A stretch of DNA of 24,095 nt, from positions 1-24,095 of the IMG/VR virus record IMGVR_UViG_3300007643_000013, one strand, 5' to 3'. Positions 1 through 9,325 of the stretch are shown one piece after another. Numbering within the stretch: the first letter of the stretch is position 1; every line of letters begins with the position of its first letter. Made by a program: the position numbers and the translations under genes. This DNA is from a virus. Its lineage: Duplodnaviria > Caudoviricetes. Below the pieces are notes generated by a model, which did not search any database, was not told the DNA's origin, and saw only the letters and a program-made list of their open reading frames with translations.

Positions 1-114
1 CAACAGGTCGAACGGCAGCAACAGGTCGAACGGCAGCAACAGGTCGAACAGCAACACGATCGGCCACAGCCACCCGAACGGCAGCAGCAGGTCGAACGGC
101 AGCAGCAGGTCGAA
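1..114 (+). repeat. 18-bp coding tandem repeat CA(A/G)CAGGTCGAACGGCAG
   Basis: About 3 copies at 1-51 and 2 more at about 76-114, encoding QQVERQ. Confidence 0.85.
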
Positions 115-378
115 CCGGAACCCACGCGGGGCGGCCGGGAGTTTAACACAGGCGGCGCCTATCCGATCACAGTCGCAACACCGCCGCCACCGCAGGCGGT
201 TTACACCCGCAATGAATTTGTTGACGTCGAACGAGACAGCTTTGCGGCCGCCTACAGCCTGGCGTCCGCTGACCTTGTAAAGAAGTTCCCCGGTAGCACC
301 GCTAGTGTGGAAATGCTCAATGACCTGATCGAGCAGCATCTAGCGGGCAACGGCCAATTAAGGAGATCCAGCAGATGA
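1..378 (+). CDS. 5'-truncated hypothetical protein with QQVERQ repeats (not in ORF track)
   Basis: Frame 1 open from base 1: QQVERQQQVERQ...PPPPQAVYTRNEFVDVERDSFAAAYSLASADLVKKFPGST...RRSSR*; TGA 376-378 overlaps next ATG (ATGA coupling). Confidence 0.8.
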   Translation, partial: QQVERQQQVERQQQVEQQHDRPQPPERQQQVERQQQVEPEPTRGGREFNTGGAYPITVATPPPPQAVYTRNEFVDVERDSFAAAYSLASADLVKKFPGSTASVEMLNDLIEQHLAGNGQLRRSSR

Positions 379-1256
379 CCAAGCAGACAGACGCAGTACT
401 CTGGTACAACGTGGGCGTGTTCGGTGACGAAGGTTATGGTGTGCCGAATTGCAGCGACGATCCTGGCAGTCTTAATCCGACGATTCTCGACCTAGTCGCG
501 CTGACCGGACGCAACCTATCAACAGTCATGCACCACGAAGATGTGGCGATGCGGACCCCGCCGAGTATCAATACGATCAAGCGGATCCACCGGCTGTACG
601 TCCGCGCCGGGCAGCTGCTGCGGGGGCGAGCTGTACCGCCGGGCGAAGACAACTTCGAGATGCAGCACGCGCAGAGCGGCGGCGACATCTTCGTCGTCTT
701 TCCTGTGCCCTACTTCCGCGTCCGCAATTCGCAGCTGCGCCGCTGGGCAGGCTACATGCTCGCCTGCCTGTCAGAAATGATGCAGCACACAGAAAACCGC
801 CGCACCGTCGAAATTTCCCAGGGCTTTGCCGGCCAGATCGGCCAGTATTTCCACCGCGTCTATACCGAAATGGCGATCGAGCTATTTGGCATCGAGCGCG
901 AAATCGCCTATGCCGACGGATTCCTGCTGACCGACGAGCAGCTCTCTGGTTACGACCCGTCCCTGTTCTTCACCAGCACCGAACTGATCGACACTGTGCC
1001 GCGACTAGATCGCGTGTTCACGGAAGATGAACTCGCGCCGCTGACGGAAGGCATCCCGGTCACCAGTCTGCCGCCGCTGCAACCGTGGCCGACCAGCGTG
1101 AAGGCCCTATACCAGACGCTACGCGGTGACGACGTCAACGCCACGGACGACGCCTTCGCTGCACCAGGCACGGAAGAAGCGGCGGCAGGCACCGGCGCGA
1201 CAACCGCCGGACGCGAGCAGCCTACATCTATCGTGCCGCCGGCGCCTAGCCCGTAG
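375..1256 (+). CDS. Conserved-looking phage hypothetical protein (293 aa)
   Basis: AGGAG at 361-365, ATGA coupling, globular sequence with Ala/Thr/Pro-rich tail. Confidence 0.85.
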   Translation: MTKQTDAVLWYNVGVFGDEGYGVPNCSDDPGSLNPTILDLVALTGRNLSTVMHHEDVAMRTPPSINTIKRIHRLYVRAGQLLRGRAVPPGEDNFEMQHAQSGGDIFVVFPVPYFRVRNSQLRRWAGYMLACLSEMMQHTENRRTVEISQGFAGQIGQYFHRVYTEMAIELFGIEREIAYADGFLLTDEQLSGYDPSLFFTSTELIDTVPRLDRVFTEDELAPLTEGIPVTSLPPLQPWPTSVKALYQTLRGDDVNATDDAFAAPGTEEAAAGTGATTAGREQPTSIVPPAPSP

Positions 1257-1264
1257 CGGGGCAT

Positions 1265-1301
1265 AAAAAAACCTGCGGTGTGAACAAGTCATCACCGCAG
1301 G
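1265..1301 (-). terminator. Intrinsic terminator oriented on the minus strand
   Basis: CCTGCGGTG (1272-1280) / CACCGCAGG (1293-1301) stem preceded by A7, i.e. a U7 tail on the minus strand. Confidence 0.65.
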
Positions 1302-1351
1302 CCCCGTCCGCAGGTAGGCCCTGTTTCTAGCATTTCTTATTCCGGTAGTCT

Positions 1352-3451
1352 ATGACTGAAATCAGCCCGGACCCCACTGATGCGGAGCGATACGAAAAGA
1401 GGAAGCTGCGCGAACGCGAACGGCAGGCCAGCCAGGCGGTAAGCGGCGCCGGCCTGGTCATTCCGCCGGTCCGCGATCCAGCCCGGCGCCAGGATGGCGA
1501 ATCCTCGCTGCAGCGGTTCTGCGAGTTGTATTTCGCGGACCGCTTTCCGCTTGCCTGGGCGCCGCACCATCTGATTGAGCTGGAGCAGATCGAGTCCGTC
1601 GTGAAATACGGCGGCCGCCAGGCTATTGGCGACCCCCGCGGCGATGGCAAAACAACGCGGCTGGAGGTCGGCCTACTGTGGGCGATCCTTACCGGCCAGC
1701 ACAGTTACGCGGCGCTGCTGACCGCCGTCGGCAAAAGCTCGTCGAAGCGGATCACCAGCCTCAAAGTCGCCCTGCTGACCAATTCGCTGCTGCTGGAAGA
1801 TTTCCCGGCAGTCTGCGCCCCTATCCGCAAGATGGGCGGCATCGCTAACCGTTGCCGCACCATGCATGTAGGTGGCGAGCCGTGCTGGCCCGCAGCCGAT
1901 GACATCTGGAGCAAAAACCGCATCGTGCTGCCGACCGTCGAAGGCAGCCCATGTAGCGGATCTATTATGGAAAGCGCGGGGTTGCTGGAAGCCACGCGAG
2001 GACTCAACGCCGCCACCGCCGACGGTGCTATTATCCGTCCTTCGCTGTCGCTCGTCGACGACCCGCAGACCACTAAGAGCGCCCGCAGCGTGGTCGCCTG
2101 CCAGGAACGCGAAGAGGCGCTTACCGCCGGGATTATCTACCTCAGTGGACCCAACGACACCATGGCCGCGTTCTGCGCGGTCACCGTAATGCGGCCGGGC
2201 GATATGGCCGACCGCTTACTGGACCGTGAAATTAACCCGGAGTGGCACGGCATCCGCAACCAGATGGTAGTGACCTTTCCCCAACGTATGGAACTGTGGG
2301 ACAAGTACGCTGAAGTTTACCGCGAAGAACTAGCCGCTGGCGACCGCGAATTCCCCCGCTCGAAAGCGTTCTACGAAGGGCAGCAGGCCGCCATGGATGC
2401 GGGCGCCGTGGTAACGTGGGCAGAGCGGAAGGAAAGCTGCACTTCGGCTATTGAGCTGGCGATGCGGAAGTTCATCGAAAACCGCAGCAGCTTCTTTTCT
2501 GAAATGCAGAACGACCCGGAACTCGATACAGGCGAGTCTGTGGTTGAACTTCTACCGGCCGACGATATCGCCAAGAAGACTGCTGGCGAAGCCCGCTACG
2601 AAGTGCCTGTTGCAACGGACCGGCTGGTGTTTTTTGTCGATGTGCACGCCGACCTCCTTTACTACGCCGTAACGGCCTTCGAAGCTGGTTTCTCCGGCGT
2701 GGTGATCGATTACGGAACCTGGCCGCAGCAGAAATCCAGGTACTTCGACAAAGCCCACGCCCGGCAGAAGATTCAGACACACCCGGCCATCACCGCCGCC
2801 ACCGAAGAGGGGCAGGTCGAGCAGGCCCTCGATCAGCTGTTCAAGGAACTGGCGGCCCGCGTCTGGAAGTCAGTCGAAGGGGTCGAATTTCCGCTCGAAT
2901 TCGGCCTCACCGATGGCAACTGGAACAAAGATGTCGTGTACCGGGTGTGCCGCGCTGCACGCCGCCGGCATGGCCTGCACGTGCTGCCATCGCACGGCCT
3001 GGCGTACACCGCTAAAAAATGCCCGATCAGCCGCTGGGACCGCAGCAAAATCAAAGGGCGGGCGGGCGACGAGTGGCACATTCCGCCGGCCAGTAGCGGC
3101 AATGGCATCCGTCACGTGCTGTTCGACCCCGGCCGGCGAAAGAGCTTTCTGCAGCGGCGGCTGGCGACCCCGCTGGGCGATCCCGGCAGCCTGGCGCTGT
3201 ATCACGCTCCGCCGGTCCGTCATCGCATGATCGCAGATCACCTTACCGCCGAAGCCGGAGCCCGCGAAGACGGCGCTTATGACGAGTGGATCCGCTGGAC
3301 GCTACTGCCAGGCCGCGACAATCACCTGTTGGACTGCGTCAGCGGCTGCTGCACCGCCAATTCGATTCAGGGCGGCGAACTGAGCAGCACGCTGCAGACG
3401 CCAGCCAGGGACAAGCCCAAACCGAAGAAACCACGCGTTAAGTACCTCTAA
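1352..3451 (+). CDS. terL: Terminase large subunit (GpA-like)
   Basis: Walker A PRGDGKTT, Walker B LVDDPQT, RNase H-like FFVDV...D and C-terminal DNHLLDC; upstream of portal. Confidence 0.9.
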   Translation: MTEISPDPTDAERYEKRKLRERERQASQAVSGAGLVIPPVRDPARRQDGESSLQRFCELYFADRFPLAWAPHHLIELEQIESVVKYGGRQAIGDPRGDGKTTRLEVGLLWAILTGQHSYAALLTAVGKSSSKRITSLKVALLTNSLLLEDFPAVCAPIRKMGGIANRCRTMHVGGEPCWPAADDIWSKNRIVLPTVEGSPCSGSIMESAGLLEATRGLNAATADGAIIRPSLSLVDDPQTTKSARSVVACQEREEALTAGIIYLSGPNDTMAAFCAVTVMRPGDMADRLLDREINPEWHGIRNQMVVTFPQRMELWDKYAEVYREELAAGDREFPRSKAFYEGQQAAMDAGAVVTWAERKESCTSAIELAMRKFIENRSSFFSEMQNDPELDTGESVVELLPADDIAKKTAGEARYEVPVATDRLVFFVDVHADLLYYAVTAFEAGFSGVVIDYGTWPQQKSRYFDKAHARQKIQTHPAITAATEEGQVEQALDQLFKELAARVWKSVEGVEFPLEFGLTDGNWNKDVVYRVCRAARRRHGLHVLPSHGLAYTAKKCPISRWDRSKIKGRAGDEWHIPPASSGNGIRHVLFDPGRRKSFLQRRLATPLGDPGSLALYHAPPVRHRMIADHLTAEAGAREDGAYDEWIRWTLLPGRDNHLLDCVSGCCTANSIQGGELSSTLQTPARDKPKPKKPRVKYL

Positions 3452-3469
3452 CCCCAGCGGAGAACAGCC

Positions 3470-3673
3470 ATGGCGTCAGCCACACGTTGCGAAAAGTGCG
3501 GCAGCACCAGCCGCGACAACTACTACGGTATCGTTACCCACAAAATCAACGGCGCCGACGACAAGGGCAAGCCCTTTACGGTCGTCAAGTGGCGCCGCAC
3601 CCGCTGTAAAAAGTGCGGGCAGACCCGCATCGACAAGACGTTTGAAAACCCGGAGGCGGCCAAAAATGCCTGA
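3470..3673 (+). CDS. Small Zn-ribbon protein (possible late regulator)
   Basis: CEKC...CKKC, basic; GGAG RBS at about 3459-3462. Confidence 0.75.
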   Translation: MASATRCEKCGSTSRDNYYGIVTHKINGADDKGKPFTVVKWRRTRCKKCGQTRIDKTFENPEAAKNA

Positions 3674-3914
3674 ATCGCCTGAACGGACGCTGAGCATCCG
3701 TGTTACTTTAAAAAGCGGCAGGCAGTTCTGCTTCAGCTACGCATCTAATGAAAGCCGCGAATGGATCTACCGTAGATTCTATGAATGCATTAGTGAGCAC
3801 GTGGAGTGGATTGAAATAGGGGGCAGGAGCTTTTGTTTAGAAGAAGTCGCGTGTCTGGATATCAGTGAAGGCGAAGCAGAACCAGCCGGCGAGGACGAAA
3901 CTTACCTCCTATAG
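3666..3914 (+). CDS. Hypothetical protein (82 aa), AT-richer, moron-like
   Basis: ATG 3666 with GGAGG upstream, overlaps previous stop; codon usage differs from flanks. Confidence 0.6.
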   Translation: MPESPERTLSIRVTLKSGRQFCFSYASNESREWIYRRFYECISEHVEWIEIGGRSFCLEEVACLDISEGEAEPAGEDETYLL

Positions 3915-3981
3915 TTCGTGTTGCGAACTATCCGCCTCGCGCCCGGCATTGCTGGCGTTTACAGTTCTGGCTGACTTGCGA

Positions 3982-3997
3982 GTTGTCCCCGGACAAC
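3982..3997. promoter_or_regulatory. Palindromic site GTTGTCC-CC-GGACAAC, copy 1
   Basis: Perfect 7-2-7 inverted repeat ending 19 nt before the gpW-like ATG; recurs at 9975 and 15067. Confidence 0.7.
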
Positions 3998-4016
3998 CTT
4001 CACGCCGGAGACCATC

Positions 4017-4223
4017 ATGGCCGATCACTCCACCGAAATTACCGCGCTGGAAAGCATTCTGAATTCGGGAGCCAGATCGGTCACGATTGACGGCGTTACG
4101 ACCACGTTCGAGAACGCGGATCAGATCCGCCGCCGCCTGCGGGAGCTACGCGCCACCGACGACACCAACAAGGGCCGCCGGCCGCCGCTCGCCCGCATCA
4201 ATCTATCGCGGACCTTCGGATGA
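4017..4223 (+). CDS. gpW-like head-tail joining protein
   Basis: 68 aa, LESILNSGARSVTIDG...LREL pattern, directly before a lambda-type portal. Confidence 0.8.
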   Translation: MADHSTEITALESILNSGARSVTIDGVTTTFENADQIRRRLRELRATDDTNKGRRPPLARINLSRTFG

Positions 4224-5695
4224 GTGCGGAACTGGCGCAGGCGCAGGACCTGCTACATCTACCGATCGACTGCCACGCCGCCCACACCGGCGACGTGACG
4301 CAGCTGAACTACGACGCCGCCGACGATTCGCAGCGGCGCCGCAGTATCGTTTCGACGATCAAGAGCGAAGACGATGTGCTGCACCAGGCGAAACGCCGTA
4401 AGCTGCAGGCCAACGCCAGCGACATCCAGCGGAACTTCGAGATCGCCGCCTGGGCGGTCCGCAAGCACCTCGATTTCGTCTGCGCCTTCAAGTTCAGTAG
4501 CAACAACGCTGAGGCGGTCATGTCCGCCGACGCCACCGCCGTGCAGCAGAGCGAGCAGCGCGCGCAAAGCCAGCTCGACCAGGATGTCGAAGGGCTAATC
4601 CGCGAAGCGGCCGGCGCCAGCACCTGCGACGCCGCCGGCCGCCACGATCTTGACGCGCTGCTCCGCATCACCGAAGCCCGCGCCACGGTATCCGGCGACC
4701 ACGCCCTGCTCGACCTGTCCGACGGCACGATGCAATCGGTCGAGTCCGACCGCATCCGCAGCAGCAGCCACACCCGCAACCGCAGCAACGTGGTGCACGG
4801 CGTGCAGATCAACCGCCGCGGCCGGGCGCTGGGCTACGCAATCCACAACCGCACCACCAGCGGCGGCTATAAGTTCGACCGCTGGGTGCCTGCCCGCAAT
4901 CTGCACCTGCGCGGGTACTTCGACCGCACCGACCAGGTCCGCGGCATTTCGCCGATGGCCCCCTCACTCAACCGGCTGCGCGACGTCTACGAAGGCTTCG
5001 ACTACGCACTGGCGAAAGCAAAGATCTCGCAGATCTTCGGTCTGAAAGTACTACGCAACGCTGAGGACGCACTCGGCAATGTCGACAACGACGGCGACGA
5101 TGACCGCCCGGACTATTCGGTCGACCTGGGCGCCGGATCGTTCATGCTCGACATGGAGCCCGGCGACGACGCTCAGATCATCGAAAGCACCACGCCTAGT
5201 ACGCAGTTTCAAACGTATTCGGAAATGATGATCGCCATCGCTCTGCTATCGCTTGATCTGCCGTGGAATTTCTACAAGGTCGACGCCACCAACTTCTTCG
5301 GCAGCCGCGCCGCTCTCAACCTGTACCTGAAGAGCGTCAAGCCAAAACGTGCGGCCAATATCCTGCTGCTCTCCCGCTGGACGCGGCGGCAGTTACAGCT
5401 GGCAATCCTGCAGGGGCGGCTCCGGCTACCCCGCAGCATGAATCTAGACGCGCTCCGGTGGGCATGGACGCCCGAGGGTCTCCCCTGGTGGAACCCTTCG
5501 CAAGAAGCGGACGGAGCGCTTAAATCAATCGGTGCGGCGCTCGACAACCCGCAGCGTATCTGCCTGGAAACGGGCACAAATTTTTATGAAAACGTCGACC
5601 GCATCGCTGAGGCGCAGAACTACGCCGAAACCAAAGGCGTCTCCCTTAGCTTCGGCGTCGCCCCCGGTCTTACCATTCAACAGGAATCCAGCTAA
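4220..5695 (+). CDS. Portal protein, lambda family
   Basis: YDAA, HGV..NRRGRALGY, R.DQVRGISPMAP motifs; size and position. Confidence 0.92.
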   Translation: MSAELAQAQDLLHLPIDCHAAHTGDVTQLNYDAADDSQRRRSIVSTIKSEDDVLHQAKRRKLQANASDIQRNFEIAAWAVRKHLDFVCAFKFSSNNAEAVMSADATAVQQSEQRAQSQLDQDVEGLIREAAGASTCDAAGRHDLDALLRITEARATVSGDHALLDLSDGTMQSVESDRIRSSSHTRNRSNVVHGVQINRRGRALGYAIHNRTTSGGYKFDRWVPARNLHLRGYFDRTDQVRGISPMAPSLNRLRDVYEGFDYALAKAKISQIFGLKVLRNAEDALGNVDNDGDDDRPDYSVDLGAGSFMLDMEPGDDAQIIESTTPSTQFQTYSEMMIAIALLSLDLPWNFYKVDATNFFGSRAALNLYLKSVKPKRAANILLLSRWTRRQLQLAILQGRLRLPRSMNLDALRWAWTPEGLPWWNPSQEADGALKSIGAALDNPQRICLETGTNFYENVDRIAEAQNYAETKGVSLSFGVAPGLTIQQESS

Positions 5696-6918
5696 TGCCA
5701 GTCACCAGCCAGACACGTCCAACCTACTTCAGCCAGCCTCAGCCTACGCACTTCCGCGGGCCGCTCCCCACTGGCGACCGCCAGGCGGATATCGAACTCG
5801 AAGGCGGCGACCACAGCGCCGGCATGATCCGCGCCGCCGCTATCATCACCCGCGGCGAAGCACTGGGCCACAAACTGTGGATCGACCGCACCATGCTGGA
5901 GCAGACCCGCGACGCGATCAACCAGCCGGCCGGCGCAAAAGCCCGCTTCACGCATCCAGGCAGCGGCGACGCGATGGGTAAGTTCCTGGGGAGGTTCAAG
6001 AACGCTACGCTCGACGGCGACACGCTCCGCGCTGACCTGCACTTTTCAAAGTCTGCGCACGAAACGCCCGGCAGCGGAAATCTGGCCAGCTACCTGATGA
6101 GCCTGGCGGCCGAAGATCCGGCCGCGTTTGGTAACTCGATTGCATTCCTGCGCGACGCAGCCGCCGAAAGCCGCTTCGAGCAGCATTACACCGCCATGGG
6201 CGCCGTGCAGGAGAAAGGCCAGCTGGTGCAGCGGAAAACGTTCACCAGCCCGGATAGTGACAACTCGCAGAACTTCCGCCACGCAAGGCTTAGCAAGCTG
6301 CTGGCGGTCGACACTGTCGACACACCCGCCGCCAACCCTAACGGCATGTTCGAGGCCGGCGACATCGAAGAAATGGAGCAGGTGCTGTCCTACATCTGCG
6401 GACTCAGCGGAAAACCCGAAACGTCGCGGGTCGATGCTGATCTCGCTAAGGGTTTTGTGACCGGCTTCTTAGCCCGGCACAACCTCACCATTCAGGCCCC
6501 GGCCGCGACCGGCAACGCCGACGCCAGCGAAGGCGATGTCGTAACCGTCGATCCGGCCGCTGACTTCGCCGCACGCCACAAGAAGTTTACCGATGCGTTC
6601 GGCGCCGCCAGCGGTAACCAGTGGCTGGCCGAGGGCAAAAGCTTTGAAGAGGCCAGTAGCCTGCACGCGGCGGCGGTTGAAACCACCCGCACCGAAGAGC
6701 TGGCCGCTAAAGACAAACTCAACGCCGAGCTGACCGCCCAGGTCGAAGACCTGCAAAGCCGCATCGACCAGGCCGCCGCCGCCACCGGCGAAGCTGAAGG
6801 CGTCGATTTCAACGCCGAGGGCGAACAGCCTCAAGTCCCCGCCCGTTTCGCCAACCTGCCCGACGGTGTCGCCCGCTTCGCCGCCGGCCTTAAATCACCG
6901 TCCACCACCGGCCAGTAA
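5695..6918 (+). CDS. Prohead maturation protease with C-terminal scaffold
   Basis: RFTHP, FGNSI and VDTVDTPAAN motifs; C-terminal coiled coil; lies between portal and capsid. Confidence 0.75.
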   Translation: MPVTSQTRPTYFSQPQPTHFRGPLPTGDRQADIELEGGDHSAGMIRAAAIITRGEALGHKLWIDRTMLEQTRDAINQPAGAKARFTHPGSGDAMGKFLGRFKNATLDGDTLRADLHFSKSAHETPGSGNLASYLMSLAAEDPAAFGNSIAFLRDAAAESRFEQHYTAMGAVQEKGQLVQRKTFTSPDSDNSQNFRHARLSKLLAVDTVDTPAANPNGMFEAGDIEEMEQVLSYICGLSGKPETSRVDADLAKGFVTGFLARHNLTIQAPAATGNADASEGDVVTVDPAADFAARHKKFTDAFGAASGNQWLAEGKSFEEASSLHAAAVETTRTEELAAKDKLNAELTAQVEDLQSRIDQAAAATGEAEGVDFNAEGEQPQVPARFANLPDGVARFAAGLKSPSTTGQ

Positions 6919-7000
6919 GTACTAGCCGGACCACCGCCCAGCAGCCCGACCGCCTCACGTTCACTTTTTTTACATCGCCACCGCGAAAGGATTCGCAACC

Positions 7001-7927
7001 ATGGCCCGCTTAACCCTGCTCGACATCGCCAAAGCCAACGGCAGCGACGCTGTCACCGGACTCGTTGAAGAAGCCACCGCCGCCCACCCCGAAATCATGC
7101 TGGGCCAGGCCCGCACGATCCGCGGCCTCAACTACAAGACGCTTGTCCGCACCGCCAATCCGGTGGTGGCGTTCCGCAACGCCAATGAAGGCATGGCGGC
7201 TACGAAAAGCACGTACGAAAACCGCCTGGTCGAAACCTTCATTCTCAACCCGAGAATCGAAGCCGATAAGGCGGTCGCCGACGCCAGCGAAGACGGCTGG
7301 GAGGCCGCTCTGGCCATGGAAGCCCTCGGCATCACCGAGGCCTCGATGCAGAAACTGGCCGCCTGCTTCTACTACGGAACCCGCGCCGCGTACGGCGGCG
7401 ACGCCAAGGCGTTCCCCGGCCTGCTCGACGCCTACGACGATAGCGGAATGCTGGTTGACGCCACGGGCAGCACGTCCGGCACCGGCAGCAGCGTGTGGGC
7501 GGTCAAGTTCGGCGCCAAAGACGTCGAATGGGTCTACGGCAACGGCGGCGAGCTGGCGGTCACCGACCCACGGATTGAAACGATCTACGACGAAAACAAC
7601 GATCCGCTGACCGGCTACGTGCAGGAGCTGCTCGCGCGGCCCGGCCTGCAGGTCGGATCGTTACGCAGCGTCGGCCGTATCCGCAACATCACCGCCCAGT
7701 CCGGCAAGACGCTGACCGACGACATGATCAGCGATCTGCTCTCCAAGTTCCAGGTCGGCTCACGCCCGGACGTGCTGCTGATGAACCGCCGCAGCCTCAA
7801 GCAGCTGCAGCAGAGCCGCACCGCGACAAACAACACCGGCGCGCCGGCTCCGTTCCCGACCGAATCGTTTGGCGTGCCGATCGCCGCCACGGACTCGATC
7901 GTGTCGACGGAAGCCATCGACCTGTAA
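7001..7927 (+). CDS. Major capsid protein (BPP-1/epsilon15 gp7-like)
   Basis: LTLLDIAK start, FRNANEG, EADKAVAD, C-terminal FGVPIAATDSIVSTE; AAGGA RBS; followed by a terminator. Confidence 0.88.
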   Translation: MARLTLLDIAKANGSDAVTGLVEEATAAHPEIMLGQARTIRGLNYKTLVRTANPVVAFRNANEGMAATKSTYENRLVETFILNPRIEADKAVADASEDGWEAALAMEALGITEASMQKLAACFYYGTRAAYGGDAKAFPGLLDAYDDSGMLVDATGSTSGTGSSVWAVKFGAKDVEWVYGNGGELAVTDPRIETIYDENNDPLTGYVQELLARPGLQVGSLRSVGRIRNITAQSGKTLTDDMISDLLSKFQVGSRPDVLLMNRRSLKQLQQSRTATNNTGAPAPFPTESFGVPIAATDSIVSTEAIDL

Positions 7928-7973
7928 GCCGCAGTAAGCCGCACGGCCGCTTTACCCGGCAGGTTAATTAATT

Positions 7974-8001
7974 CCCGCGCGGCCGCCGCGCGGGCGTTTT
8001 T
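7974..8001 (+). terminator. Intrinsic terminator after the major capsid gene
   Basis: CCCGCGCGG-ccg-CCGCGCGGG followed by CGTTTTT. Confidence 0.75.
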
Positions 8002-8038
8002 CCACAATCACCATTCTTACCCATTAAGGGCTGACGCA

Positions 8039-8596
8039 ATGAAACGCACCACCATCATCAACACCACGATGCTCGCCGCCTGCTTTGTCATGTTCGCGCT
8101 GGCTTTCGTGCTGGTTAACTTCTTCGCCGCGCCGCTGTCCCTGATCGCCGCCTGGTCGGCCTTCGGCCTGCTGGGCGCCGGCATGACGCTGGCCATTAAA
8201 GACGATGACCCGTCGCTAAAAAAAACGGTGGCGCTGCCCGCCAGCGACACGACCGTCGCCTCCGCCGGAATCGATCTCGGCCACGGCGGCAATGGTGACT
8301 TCGCCGCCCGGGCTGAACTACTGGTGTCCGCCCCCGCGCTGGCGGTGGGAGAACTGGCGAACGCCTCGACCATGATCTACGACGTGTACCACGATACCGC
8401 CAGCGACTTCGGCAGCGAGGCCCTGCTGCATAGTGCGGTCATCACGCAGACCGGAGCCGGCGGCGCGGGAGCCGGCGCGGCCGAAAAACGGGTAGCGCTG
8501 CCGGTCGACGTCCACCGCTACATCCGGGTCAAAGCGACCAACAGCGTCGACGCCGACGCCAGCGCCAAGAGCCTGACCGCTCAGCTGGTGTTTTAG
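8039..8596 (+). CDS. Bbp16-like capsid cement/decoration protein with N-terminal hydrophobic (2 TM) extension
   Basis: SAGIDLG...VYHDTASDF...LP..VHRYIRV jelly-roll-like pattern after the MCP; residues about 11-52 hydrophobic; alternative start ATG 8183. Confidence 0.7.
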   Translation: MKRTTIINTTMLAACFVMFALAFVLVNFFAAPLSLIAAWSAFGLLGAGMTLAIKDDDPSLKKTVALPASDTTVASAGIDLGHGGNGDFAARAELLVSAPALAVGELANASTMIYDVYHDTASDFGSEALLHSAVITQTGAGGAGAGAAEKRVALPVDVHRYIRVKATNSVDADASAKSLTAQLVF

Positions 8597-8680
8597 ACCG
8601 CCTGCTGCAACGCGTTGTACGCTGCAACACGCTGACACGTCTGGTCACTACCTGCGTATGGAAACTACGGATCGAACCCC

Positions 8681-9325
8681 ATGCAAATCGACTTTATTGA
8701 GAAGATCAAGGCCCGCCGGCCCGCCTGCCTGCAGCCGTTCACCGCCGCGGCGCCGGTGCACATTCCGCTGGCCCGCGCTGAGCGGGAGATCCGGCCGGGC
8801 TGGGTCGCCCAGTTCCGCGGCCGCAGTTACATCAGCCGGCTGATTGCAGCGGCCACCGGCGGCGTGCACAGCCACAGCGCGATGCTGGCGCCGGGCCCGC
8901 ACGGGACCGACGTGCTGGAAGTGCGGGAAATGATCGGCGGCCGCACCATCCGGCTGGCGGACTACGTCGCGCAGGGCGAAGTGATCGACCTGTTCCGCAT
9001 CGACCTCAACCGCTGGCCGGAATACGACGGCGAAGCGGCGGTCGCACGGGCGCGGTGCTTTGTCGCCCGCACAAACTACAACTACGCGCAGGTCCTACGG
9101 CTGATGCTGCGGAAGATCCCGCTGGTGTGGCGGCTGTACGCAAACTCCACCGACGATGAGGCGACGATCGGCAACGTCGCCGCCCATTGCAGCCATGCGG
9201 TCGCTGACTGGTGCCGGACCGGCGGCGGCGTCGATCCTGTTCCGCGGCTGCCGGACCATTTTGTTGATCCGGCGCACATCACCCGTTCGCTGCTGTTTGA
9301 TTACTACGGCACGATCCAGGCTTGA
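8681..9325 (+). CDS. Permuted papain-like amidase (YiiX/YaeF, C92-like)
   Basis: FRGRSYISRLI..ATGGVHSHSAM (His first), YNY, HCSHAVA (Cys last), VDPAHI. Confidence 0.8.
   Translation: MQIDFIEKIKARRPACLQPFTAAAPVHIPLARAEREIRPGWVAQFRGRSYISRLIAAATGGVHSHSAMLAPGPHGTDVLEVREMIGGRTIRLADYVAQGEVIDLFRIDLNRWPEYDGEAAVARARCFVARTNYNYAQVLRLMLRKIPLVWRLYANSTDDEATIGNVAAHCSHAVADWCRTGGGVDPVPRLPDHFVDPAHITRSLLFDYYGTIQA

Noticed and set aside
1-114. CRISPR or iteron array
   Set aside because: 18-bp in-frame repeats encode QQVERQ within an ORF
7924-7943. GTAAGCCGCA tandem duplication at the capsid stop
   Set aside because: Only two 10-bp copies; likely local slippage with no evident function
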